From: an uncultured Acidobacteriota bacterium
GTDB lineage: Bacteria; Acidobacteriota; Thermoanaerobaculia; UBA5066
Length of the DNA: 64,000 nt
Direction: 5' to 3'
NCBI GenBank assembly: GCA_963801475.1
Contig: CAWDEX010000002.1
Span: forward strand, 115,873 to 179,872
Below are positions 1 through 7,120 of the stretch, in pieces. The first letter of the stretch is position 1. Every line of letters begins with the position of its first letter. The position numbers and the translations under genes are program-made. The notes beneath the pieces were generated by a model. That model ran no database searches. It was not told the origin of the DNA and worked only from the letters and a program-made list of their open reading frames with translations.

Positions 1-360
1 TGCCTGCCGCGGAGCCGCCGCCTTGGCCGCCTGGCGCGCAGCAACGGCCTTGGCCGCCTGACGCGGAGCCGCCGCCTTGGCCGCCTGGCGCGCAGCAACG
101 GCCTTGGCCGCCTGACGCGGAGCCGCCGCCTTGGCCGCCTGGCGCGCAGCAACGGCCTTGGCCGCCTGACGCGGAGCCGCCGCCTTGGCCGCCTGGCGCG
201 CAGCAACGGCCTTGGCCGCCATCTTCGGCGCTACGGACGGCGCGATCGCGGGGTTGCTCCCCAGGCTCGCGACATGCACCTCGGGAATATCGTGTCCCGT
301 GCTCTCCTTGATCTTCGCCTTCTGTTCGTCGGTCAGCTTGATCTTCACTTCGTTTGCCAT
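1..360 (-). CDS. Hypothetical small protein (5' end complete, 3' end runs off window). N-terminal about 55 aa are unique (MANEVKIKLTDEQKAKIKESTGHDIPEVHVASLGSNPAIAPSVAPKM); the rest is Ala/Lys/Gln-rich 18-aa tandem repeats (AAPRQAAKAVAARQAAKA), a histone-H1/AlgP-like low-complexity tail
   Basis: Reverse-complement translation from ATG at 358-360 gives a clean ORF. An AGGAGG-like RBS (rc of 361-372) lies immediately upstream. The plus-strand ORFs 185..679 and 274..462 are low-complexity artefacts of the same repeat. Confidence 0.6.
   Translation of the reverse strand, partial: MANEVKIKLTDEQKAKIKESTGHDIPEVHVASLGSNPAIAPSVAPKMAAKAVAARQAAKAAAPRQAAKAVAARQAAKAAAPRQAAKAVAARQAAKAAAPRQAAKAVAARQAAKAAAPRQA
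11..230. repeat. 54-bp perfect tandem repeat, at least 4 copies, continuing past the window edge. Unit on the plus strand is ggagccgccgccttggccgcctggcgcgcagcaacggccttggccgcctgacgc. It is a coding repeat that specifies the 18-aa protein repeat
   Basis: Unit starts seen at 11, 65, 119 and 173. Copies are identical. No interspersed unique spacers, so this is not CRISPR. Confidence 0.9.
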
Positions 361-407
361 GTCCTTCCTCCTCGTTTTCGTTTCGGCTGTTGGCCGCTTC
401 GTAGTAC

Positions 408-423
408 TGCAAGGGGAAGGCCA
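408..423 (-). promoter_or_regulatory. Candidate sigma54 (RpoN) -24/-12 promoter, TGGCCT-N5-TTGCA on the minus strand, driving the repeat-protein gene
   Basis: The rc of 408-423 reads tggccttccccttgca, matching the TGGCAC-N5-TTGCW consensus with GG and GC at the correct spacing. It lies about 45 nt upstream of the ATG at 360. A sigma54-dependent activator gene is immediately adjacent. Confidence 0.5.
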
Positions 424-509
424 GTCCGGACCGTGGTCTCCTATCGCCATATCTCCCAATGAAAACGGGGGGGGCCGACCGCGGAAGGGAAATCTGACGG
501 CCACCGACC

Positions 510-545
510 GGTTGACTTCTTCAACCGCAGTTGACGTTTTCAACC
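510..545. promoter_or_regulatory. Two tandem palindromes (GGTTGA-N5-TCAACC and GTTGA-N5-TCAAC, about 19-bp centre-to-centre) forming a candidate enhancer/UAS for the sigma54 activator
   Basis: The sites are ggttgacttcttcaacc (510-526) and agttgacgttttcaacc (529-545). They sit about 100 bp upstream of the candidate -24/-12 element, in the 3' flank of the NtrC-like gene. Confidence 0.45.
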
Positions 546-555
546 GTACGCCGGA

Positions 556-1929
556 TCAGAGCCTGTACTTCCGGCAGAGGTACTTCATCTGGTTCGCGTC
601 GAGGCCGAGGGCCGTGGCTGCCCGGGCCTTGACGCCACCCGCCTTTTCGATGGCCCGGCGGAGGAGCTCCTCCTCGTAACGGGCCACCGCGTCGGCCAGC
701 GGAAGCCCGTCCGGAGAGGCTGCCGCCATCCGTGAGGGCTCCGGCGCTCCCACCGCCCCCGGAAGGTGGGCGGGGAGTATCACGTCCTCCTCCACCATCA
801 GGGTCAGCATCTCGACGAGGTGTCCCAGCTCGCGGACGTTTCCCCGGAAGGAGTGCGCCGCCAGCACCGCGAGCGCCTCCGGCGAGAAGCTCTTTGCGGG
901 ACGCCCGTGGCGCCGCGCGGCGTCGTCGGCGAAGTGCGTAACGAGGAGGGGGAGATCCTCGCGCCGCTCGCGGAGCGGCGGGATCGTGAGGACGATCGTG
1001 CTGAGGCGGTAATAGAGGTCCTCGCGGAACTCGCCCTTCGCCGCCCGCGCCTTCAGGTCCTCGTTCGTCGCGGCGATCAGGCGAATGTCGACCGAGATCG
1101 TCTTCGACCCGCCGACGCGCTCGAACTCGCGCCGCTCGAGAACCCGGAGGAGCTTGGCCTGGACCGCCGGGGAGAGAGTGGCGACCTCGTCGAGAAAGAG
1201 GGTGCCGCGGTGCGCCATCTCGAAGCGGCCGGAACGCGTCGCGACCGCTCCGGTGAAGGCGCCACGCTCGTGTCCGAATAGCTCCGACTCGGCGAGGCTC
1301 TCGGGGAGTGCCGAGCTGTTCACGACGACGAAGGGACCGTGGGCACGACGGCTTCCCCGGTGAATCGCCTCGGCCACGAGTTCCTTCCCGGTCCCGCTCT
1401 CCCCGTAGACGAGGACCGTCGCGTCGGACGGCGCCACCTTTCCGATGGCGGAAAAGAGCGCCCGCATTCCCGCGCTCGCGCCGACGAGGCCGCCGAAGGA
1501 GCGCTTCTTCAGCATCTCCTCCCGGAGCGCGCGGTTCTCGCCGACGAGCCGGCGCCGCTCCAGCGCCCGGGTCAGGACGAGGACCAGCTCCGCCGTGTCG
1601 AACGGCTTCCGGAAGACGTCGAAGGCGCCCAGCTCCACGGCCTTCTGCGCGAGGCGGCGGTCGGCCTCCCCCGTCATGACGACGATCGAGGCCTCGGGGC
1701 GGCGCTGGTGGACCTCCGCGACGAGCCTCAGCCCTTCTTCCGCCTCGTTCGACGGCGGGAGCCGGAGGTCGAGGAGGAAGACGTCCGGGTCGCGCTCCGC
1801 GAGGGCGAGCCCCTGCACGGCGTCGGAGCCCTTGAAGAGCTCGAAGCGCCCCTTGAGGGCCCAGCTCAGCTGGTCGAGGAGGAGGGGATCGTCGTCGACG
1901 ACCGCGAGGCGTCCCGGATCCACGCTCAC
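556..1929 (-). CDS. Sigma54-dependent response regulator, NtrC family (REC + AAA+ sigma54-interaction + Fis-type HTH)
   Basis: Motifs GESGTGKE (Walker A), ESELFGHERGAFTGA (GAFTGA loop), and a receiver domain with D at LLDLRLP. C-terminal HTH. Overlaps the upstream kinase by 4 nt. Confidence 0.9.
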   Translation of the reverse strand: MSVDPGRLAVVDDDPLLLDQLSWALKGRFELFKGSDAVQGLALAERDPDVFLLDLRLPPSNEAEEGLRLVAEVHQRRPEASIVVMTGEADRRLAQKAVELGAFDVFRKPFDTAELVLVLTRALERRRLVGENRALREEMLKKRSFGGLVGASAGMRALFSAIGKVAPSDATVLVYGESGTGKELVAEAIHRGSRRAHGPFVVVNSSALPESLAESELFGHERGAFTGAVATRSGRFEMAHRGTLFLDEVATLSPAVQAKLLRVLERREFERVGGSKTISVDIRLIAATNEDLKARAAKGEFREDLYYRLSTIVLTIPPLRERREDLPLLVTHFADDAARRHGRPAKSFSPEALAVLAAHSFRGNVRELGHLVEMLTLMVEEDVILPAHLPGAVGAPEPSRMAAASPDGLPLADAVARYEEELLRRAIEKAGGVKARAATALGLDANQMKYLCRKYRL

Positions 1930-2603
1930 CCCTTTCCGCCCACCGCCGGAAGGGCGATCCTCACCGTCGTCCCCGCGCCCGGCGCGCTCCGGACCTCGAT
2001 GGCTCCCCGGTGAAGGCCCACGATCTGGTGCGCGGCGTAGAGGCCGAGGCCGACGCCGTCGCTCTTCGTCGTCTGGAAGGGACGGAACAGCCGGGTCCGG
2101 AGAAAGTCCTCGGTCATCCCCGGCCCGTCGTCCTCGATCTCGAGGACGGCCTTCCGTCGCCGTCCCCGCCCCTCGGCGTCCGTTCGGACCGAGACCCGCG
2201 CCGCCGCCGCTTCGAGCGCGTTCTCAAGGATGTTCGCCAGGGCCTCCCGGAGGAGGGCCGGGTCTCCCCAGACCTTCGGCGGCTCGCCATAGGCCGCTCC
2301 GACGCTCACGGCGCGTCTGGAAACGTCGGAGGTCCGGAGCAGCTCGCCCAGAAGCTCGTTGACGTCGAGGGGAACCTTGATGAGAACCCCGCCCCGCCGT
2401 CCGGCCCACTGCGTCGCCATGGCGTCGAGCCGCTCGACGGTGCTCCGGAGAAGCTCCGAAACGCTCCGCTTGAACTCCGGGTCGCCGTAGTGCTCGTCGA
2501 GGTTCGAAAGGAGAAGCTGCAGGCGCTGCCCCATGTTCTTCATGTCGTGGAGCAGGACCGAGTCCGCCGCCGCGTGGAGGGGAGGACGCCGCCGCGAGGG
2601 CAT
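1926..2603 (-). CDS. Sensor histidine kinase, truncated (DHp + HATPase_c only, no TM or sensor domain)
   Basis: H-box LLHDMKN. N/G boxes (NILENALEA ... DDGPGM ... GLGLYAAHQIV). 225 aa. Translationally coupled to the regulator gene. Confidence 0.8.
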   Translation of the reverse strand: MPSRRRPPLHAAADSVLLHDMKNMGQRLQLLLSNLDEHYGDPEFKRSVSELLRSTVERLDAMATQWAGRRGGVLIKVPLDVNELLGELLRTSDVSRRAVSVGAAYGEPPKVWGDPALLREALANILENALEAAAARVSVRTDAEGRGRRRKAVLEIEDDGPGMTEDFLRTRLFRPFQTTKSDGVGLGLYAAHQIVGLHRGAIEVRSAPGAGTTVRIALPAVGGKG

Positions 2604-2614
2604 CGGGCCGTTCC

Positions 2615-3427
2615 TCAGGGCGACGCCGCGGCGCCGGCGAAGAGAAGCTGGACGGCCATCCCGGGGCGCATCAGCTTCCTGGGATCCCGCTTGACGCGGA
2701 CCACGACCTGGACCGAGCCGCTTCCGGGGTCGAGGACGGGGCTGACGAACGAAACTCGCCCGGTCGAGCGCGCCTCGGGCAGCTCCTTCGAGACGACCGT
2801 GACCTCCTGCCCGACCTTCACCTTCAGGAGAGCCGGGCCCGGCACGTAGGCCCGGGCCAGGAGCGGCTCGAGCGCGACGACCTTGAAGAGCGGCTTGTTC
2901 TCCTCGAGGAGGACCTTCTCGCCGACCTTGGCGAAACGGTCCGCGACGACGCCGTCGAACGGCGCGCGGACGATCGAGCGGTCGATCACGAGCTGGGCGC
3001 GCTCGAACTCCACGCGAGCCAGCTCGTAGCGGCTCCGCTTCTGCTCGAGCTCGGCCTGGCTGCAGAGGTTCTGGCGGAAGAGCTCCTCGTAGCGCTTGTA
3101 ATCGGCCCGGCTGACGTTCAGCGTCTCCTCCGCCGCCCGGAGGTCGAGGCGGAACTCCCTCTGGTCGATCGTGGCCAGCGGCTGGTTCTTCTGGACCGCG
3201 TCACCCCGCTCGACCTGGAGGCCGTCGATGACGCCCGTCACGCGCGTCGTGACGTTCACTTCCTGGTCCACGACGAGGGTGGCCGCCGCCGCGAGCGGCG
3301 CATCGGCCGGCAGGGGATGCCCGGCCGCGCCGATCGCCGTGACGAGGACGGTCGAAAGGGCCGCGACGGACACCGAAACGCGTGCGCTCGTATCGAACCT
3401 CCGGGATCGGCTCTTTGCCGACATCAT
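2615..3427 (-). CDS. HlyD-family / membrane-fusion (periplasmic adaptor)-like protein, 270 aa, N-terminal membrane anchor
   Basis: This is the C-terminal part of artefactual ORF 2615..6136, starting at MMSAKS. It has a TM anchor, a coiled-coil hairpin (REFRLDLRAAEETL...ELEQKRSRYELARVEFERAQ) and a beta-barrel/lipoyl-like C-terminus typical of HlyD_3. It lies 12 nt upstream of the kinase. Confidence 0.6.
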   Translation of the reverse strand: MMSAKSRSRRFDTSARVSVSVAALSTVLVTAIGAAGHPLPADAPLAAAATLVVDQEVNVTTRVTGVIDGLQVERGDAVQKNQPLATIDQREFRLDLRAAEETLNVSRADYKRYEELFRQNLCSQAELEQKRSRYELARVEFERAQLVIDRSIVRAPFDGVVADRFAKVGEKVLLEENKPLFKVVALEPLLARAYVPGPALLKVKVGQEVTVVSKELPEARSTGRVSFVSPVLDPGSGSVQVVVRVKRDPRKLMRPGMAVQLLFAGAAASP

Positions 3428-3444
3428 ACCGAAGCGGGACGGCT

Positions 3445-4521
3445 TCAAACCTTCCAGTACCACCCCTTCTTCTCGAAGACGAGAAGGACGCCGTACCAGA
3501 AGAGGACCGTGGCGAGGGCGAAGGCGTGCGACCGGAGGGTTGGGTCGCCGATGGCGGAGAAGCCTCCGTAGAGGAACCGGTGGAGGTTCGTCGCCTTCCC
3601 GTCCGCAGCCGTCCACGTCACGAGGCCGAGGATCTTGGCGAGGAGGCCGGAGCCGACGAAGGCAACGAGGGGATTCCGGCCGTACGTGAAGAAGAACCCG
3701 TTCGGGCCGAGCCAGCCGCGGAGGTCGACGGCGACGATCGAGAGGGCCAGCCCCACGCACGCAGAGCCCGACGTGAAGAGGACGTACGAGCCGGTCCAGA
3801 GATTCTTGTTGATCGGGATCCGGAGGTTCCAGAGGAGACCCGCCGCGAGGCCCGCCGCCCCCCAGACGAAGAGCCGCGCCGCCGCTTCCCGGAGACCGGG
3901 GGCCGACTTGCCCTCCCCCTTCCGCGTCAGGACGAAGCCCGCCAGCGTTCCGGTCAGCATCGTGGCGACCGACGTCAGCGTCGAGACGATCCCCTCGGGG
4001 TCCCACTCCTTCTTCCAGAGGTGCCCCCGGAGGAGAGCGAGGTCCACCGCCTTCTGGATGTTCCCCTCCGGTGTCAGGTCGAAGCCGAGTCCCGTCAGGA
4101 GGAACGTGTGGAGCGCCAGAAGGAGGCCCGTCGCCACCCAGAGCCCCGGCACCCTCCGCTTCCAGACCGCGAGGATCAGGAGCGTGCCGAGGACGTAGAC
4201 CACCCCGATTCTCGGCAGGACGCCGGGGATGCGTAGTCGGGCGAGGCGCTCCAGCGTGAAGGGGAACCACGCCATGGCCCAGCCGACGAGGACGATCGTC
4301 ATGCCGCGCGTGACGGCGTGACGGGCGAGGGCGGCGCGCGTGGCGCCGCGGTCCATCCGTTTCGTCAGCGAGAAGACCCCCGCCGTCCCGACGATGAAGA
4401 GGAAGAACGGGAAGATGAGATCCGTCGGCGTCCATCCGTGCCACTCCGCGTGGCCGAAGGGGGGGTAGAGATGCCCCCAGTCGCCGGGGTTGTTGACGAA
4501 GATCATGCCGGCCACGGTCAA
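3445..4521 (-). CDS. Polytopic membrane protein, DUF5009/DUF1624-like (heparan-alpha-glucosaminide N-acetyltransferase-like acyltransferase family)
   Basis: About 10 predicted TM helices and Trp/Phe-rich loops. Family assignment is by overall pattern only. Confidence 0.4.
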   Translation of the reverse strand: MTVAGMIFVNNPGDWGHLYPPFGHAEWHGWTPTDLIFPFFLFIVGTAGVFSLTKRMDRGATRAALARHAVTRGMTIVLVGWAMAWFPFTLERLARLRIPGVLPRIGVVYVLGTLLILAVWKRRVPGLWVATGLLLALHTFLLTGLGFDLTPEGNIQKAVDLALLRGHLWKKEWDPEGIVSTLTSVATMLTGTLAGFVLTRKGEGKSAPGLREAAARLFVWGAAGLAAGLLWNLRIPINKNLWTGSYVLFTSGSACVGLALSIVAVDLRGWLGPNGFFFTYGRNPLVAFVGSGLLAKILGLVTWTAADGKATNLHRFLYGGFSAIGDPTLRSHAFALATVLFWYGVLLVFEKKGWYWKV

Positions 4522-4639
4522 CCCGCGGAAGAAGTCGAGCGAGGCGAAGCGGCCGGGAGGCGGGCCGGGACTCTCTTCGGTGGCGATGCGGCGATGGTAT
4601 CAACGCGCGCGGCGGCCGGCCGGTGGCAAGATCCGGCCG

Positions 4640-6232
4640 ATGGCCCGGACCACGTCCCGCCTCGCCCTCGCCGCGACCGTGGCGCTCTTCGGCCTCTCGG
4701 CCTGCACCATCATCCCGACGGGCCTGACCGTCTCGCCTCCGGACGACGCCGTGGCGCGTCGGGTCGCGAGGATCGCCTCGAAGACACCGGCCCGCCTCGG
4801 CATCGTGGCGCTCCACGTCGAGAGCGGGCGGCGTCTGTCCTGGAACGAGACGGAGAGCTTCGAGGCGGCGAGCGTCATCAAGATCGCCCTCATCGCCGAG
4901 GCCGCCGCCGAGTGGCGGGAGGCCCGCTTCGACCCCAACGACCGGTGGAGGCTGACCGCGGCGTCGAAGGCCGCGGGCTCCGGGATCCTCGGCGAGTTCG
5001 ATCCGGGCCTCATGCCGACGAACCGGGATCTTCTCCGGATCATGATCTCGCTCTCGGACAACACGGCCGCGAACAGCTTCATCGACCGCTTCGGCCCCGG
5101 GGCGGTGAACCGCCGGATGGCGGAGCTCGGGCTCCCCGGAATCCGGCTCATCGGTCGGATTCCCGACGCCGACAAGGAGCCGGAGCGCTGGTCGCCGCTC
5201 GGCCGGATCACCCCCGAGGACACGGCGGAGTACTTCCGACGCCTCTTCGCCGGGACGCTCGTCGACCCGTCCGCGGACTACTTCATGCGGGAGATCTTCC
5301 GGACGCAGCGGACGAAGAACCGGGTCCCGCGCCTCCTCCTCGGGCCAAAGGAGAACCGCTGGGCCGGAAAGACGGGCTCGATGACCGGGATGCGGGGGGA
5401 CGCCGGCGTCCTGACGACGAGGAAAGGGACTTTCGTCCTCGTCGTTCTGGCCGACCGGATCCCGGACGACGACCGGGACGGCTCCGCCGTCACGAGGGCC
5501 ATGGGCGACCTCGCCAAAGCCATCGTGGACGGCTGGTCCGCGACGCTCCCGGACGCGCCCGTCCCTCCGGACGTCAAGCCCGCGCCGACCCTGATGACGG
5601 CCCTGCCCCGGTCGGAGCTGACGCTTCGCGAGGCACGCGCCCGGACAGACGACCCGCTCCTCTTCCGCGTCTTCCGCGACGAGGACCGGCGCTTCTGGCA
5701 GCTCTGGGAGGAAGCCGGCGGGTCGCCCGACGACGCCTGTCTCGTCGCCATGCCCAACTCGTGGTGGGAGGGGTACGGCGCCTCCAAGATCGAGCCTGTC
5801 TCGGCGCTCGTCATTCATCACACCTCCCAGGAGACCGACGAGGAGTGCCTCTCGCTCTTCGCGAAGCCCGAGAGCCAGGTCTCCTCCCACTTCCTCGTCG
5901 GACGCGACGGACGGCTCTGGCAGTTCGTCTCCCTCGAGCACCGGGCGTGGCACGCCGGGCCGTCGCTCCTCCACGGCCGGATCGCCCTGAACCGGACCTC
6001 GATCGGCGTGGAGATCACCGGGGACGGGAACCGGGCCCCCTTCACGGCGGCGCAGGTCGAGACCGTCGTCCGGCTCGTCGGCGTCCTGACGGCCCAGTAC
6101 GGTCTCCAGGCTCCCTGGATCGTCGGCCACGAGCACATTGCCCCGGACCGGAAGAACGATCCGGGGGCCCTCTTTCCCTGGAACGACGTCCTTCGGCGCT
6201 CTCTGACGCTGGCGCGGACGCTCTCGCGGTGA
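4640..6232 (+). CDS. Lipoprotein fusion: N-terminal class A beta-lactamase-like (penicillin-binding fold) domain + C-terminal N-acetylmuramoyl-L-alanine amidase (Amidase_2 / AmpD-PGRP type)
   Basis: Start at MARTTSRLALAATVALFGLSAC (lipobox LSAC), which is M51 of ORF 4490..6232. N-domain motifs are SVIK (SxxK), SDN and KTG, with no ExxLN omega loop. C-domain motifs are HHTS...SSHFLVGRDGRLWQ...AWHAG...IGVEITG...GHEHIAPDRKNDPG, the AmpD zinc-amidase signature. Confidence 0.7.
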   Translation: MARTTSRLALAATVALFGLSACTIIPTGLTVSPPDDAVARRVARIASKTPARLGIVALHVESGRRLSWNETESFEAASVIKIALIAEAAAEWREARFDPNDRWRLTAASKAAGSGILGEFDPGLMPTNRDLLRIMISLSDNTAANSFIDRFGPGAVNRRMAELGLPGIRLIGRIPDADKEPERWSPLGRITPEDTAEYFRRLFAGTLVDPSADYFMREIFRTQRTKNRVPRLLLGPKENRWAGKTGSMTGMRGDAGVLTTRKGTFVLVVLADRIPDDDRDGSAVTRAMGDLAKAIVDGWSATLPDAPVPPDVKPAPTLMTALPRSELTLREARARTDDPLLFRVFRDEDRRFWQLWEEAGGSPDDACLVAMPNSWWEGYGASKIEPVSALVIHHTSQETDEECLSLFAKPESQVSSHFLVGRDGRLWQFVSLEHRAWHAGPSLLHGRIALNRTSIGVEITGDGNRAPFTAAQVETVVRLVGVLTAQYGLQAPWIVGHEHIAPDRKNDPGALFPWNDVLRRSLTLARTLSR

Positions 6233-6258
6233 GCGTCTCTGCGTTACGATCGGGGCCG

Positions 6259-7119
6259 ATGCTCGACGGCCTCCGGCGCCTCGACGATGCGGGCACGGCT
6301 CGCCATTTCCTCGAGCGGCTGCGGGAAGGGATCTACGTCTCGACGCCCGCCGGCGAGATCCTCGACGCGAACCCCGCCTTTCTCGCCATCCTCGGGGCCC
6401 GGACGCTCGAAGAACTCCGGGCGTCGAAGGCAGCGAACTGGCTCGCCGAGCCCGCCCAGCGCGATCGGTGGAAGGAGAGCCTCGACCGGTTCGGATCGGT
6501 CGTCGACTTCGAGCTGAAGGTCCGGCGCCGCGACGGGGAGATCCGCGTCGTCCTCGACACGGCCTGGACGCGCGTGGACCCCGAGTCGGGCGACGTCTAC
6601 TACCACGGGATCCTCACCGACGTGACCGACCGGAAAGAGCTGGAGACGGCGCTCGACGAGCAGGCGCTCCGCGATCCGATCACCGGCTGCTACAACCGCC
6701 GCTACCTCTCGCAGGCGACCCGGGAAGAGCCGCCGCGGGGCTGCGTCGTCGTCGAGGTCGACCGGTCGAAGGCGGAAGAAGCCCTTCCGGACGACGGGTC
6801 GCCCGACCCGGTCGCGAACCGGATCAGCCGCTTCCTGATGCGCCAGTCGCGGGCCGAGACGACGCTCGTGAGGATGCACTCGAACGAGTTTCTCCTTCTC
6901 CTGCGCGAGGCGGACGACAAGACGGTCGCCAACGTCATCGAGCGCCTCGCCTTCTCGGCCTCGCGCGAGCTTCTCCCGCCGTTTTCCGTCGGCGGGTCGA
7001 CCCGCGAGGAGAGCGAGCCCCTGACCGAGGCGATCCGGCGGGCGCGGGAGAACCGGACGGAGGTTTCGTCGGCCACCGGACCCGGCCGCAAACCGTCCGG
7101 CATCTACCCGCTCCCCTGA
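6259..7119 (+). CDS. PAS-domain protein with a degenerate GGDEF domain (GGDEF replaced by HSNEF; likely non-catalytic)
   Basis: This is the C-terminal part of ORF 4318..7119, starting at MLDGLRRL. The PAS core LREGIYVSTPAGEILDANPAFLAILG is paralogous to the 10604 gene. RxxD-like and LMRQ motifs are retained but the GGDEF motif is replaced by HSNEF. Confidence 0.7.
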   Translation: MLDGLRRLDDAGTARHFLERLREGIYVSTPAGEILDANPAFLAILGARTLEELRASKAANWLAEPAQRDRWKESLDRFGSVVDFELKVRRRDGEIRVVLDTAWTRVDPESGDVYYHGILTDVTDRKELETALDEQALRDPITGCYNRRYLSQATREEPPRGCVVVEVDRSKAEEALPDDGSPDPVANRISRFLMRQSRAETTLVRMHSNEFLLLLREADDKTVANVIERLAFSASRELLPPFSVGGSTREESEPLTEAIRRARENRTEVSSATGPGRKPSGIYPLP

Positions 7120-7120
7120 C

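Noticed and set aside
11-230. Possible CRISPR array
   Set aside because: The repeats are contiguous 54-bp units with no unique spacers and lie in-frame inside a coding sequence.
185-679. Plus-strand ORFs (185..679, 274..462) over the tandem repeat
   Set aside because: The minus-strand reading gives a coherent start, RBS, sigma54 promoter and amphipathic repeat. The plus-strand products are Ala/Trp/Arg low-complexity.
2615-6136. 1173-aa minus-strand ORF
   Set aside because: Only the last 270 aa (HlyD-like) look like protein. The remainder is Arg/Pro/Gly-rich, compositionally biased translation of the antisense of real plus-strand genes (4640-6232), which is typical of GC-rich artefacts.
4640-6232. 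Annotating the beta-lactamase-like domains (here and at 12400-13300) as antibiotic-resistance beta-lactamases
   Set aside because: Both are fused to peptidoglycan hydrolase domains. The first lacks the Glu166 omega loop. A role in cell-wall metabolism or sensing is more consistent than resistance.
4318-7119. 933-aa plus-strand ORF
   Set aside because: Only the C-terminal 286 aa (PAS-degenerate GGDEF) are plausible. The upstream part is antisense or out-of-frame to the beta-lactamase/amidase fusion and is low complexity.
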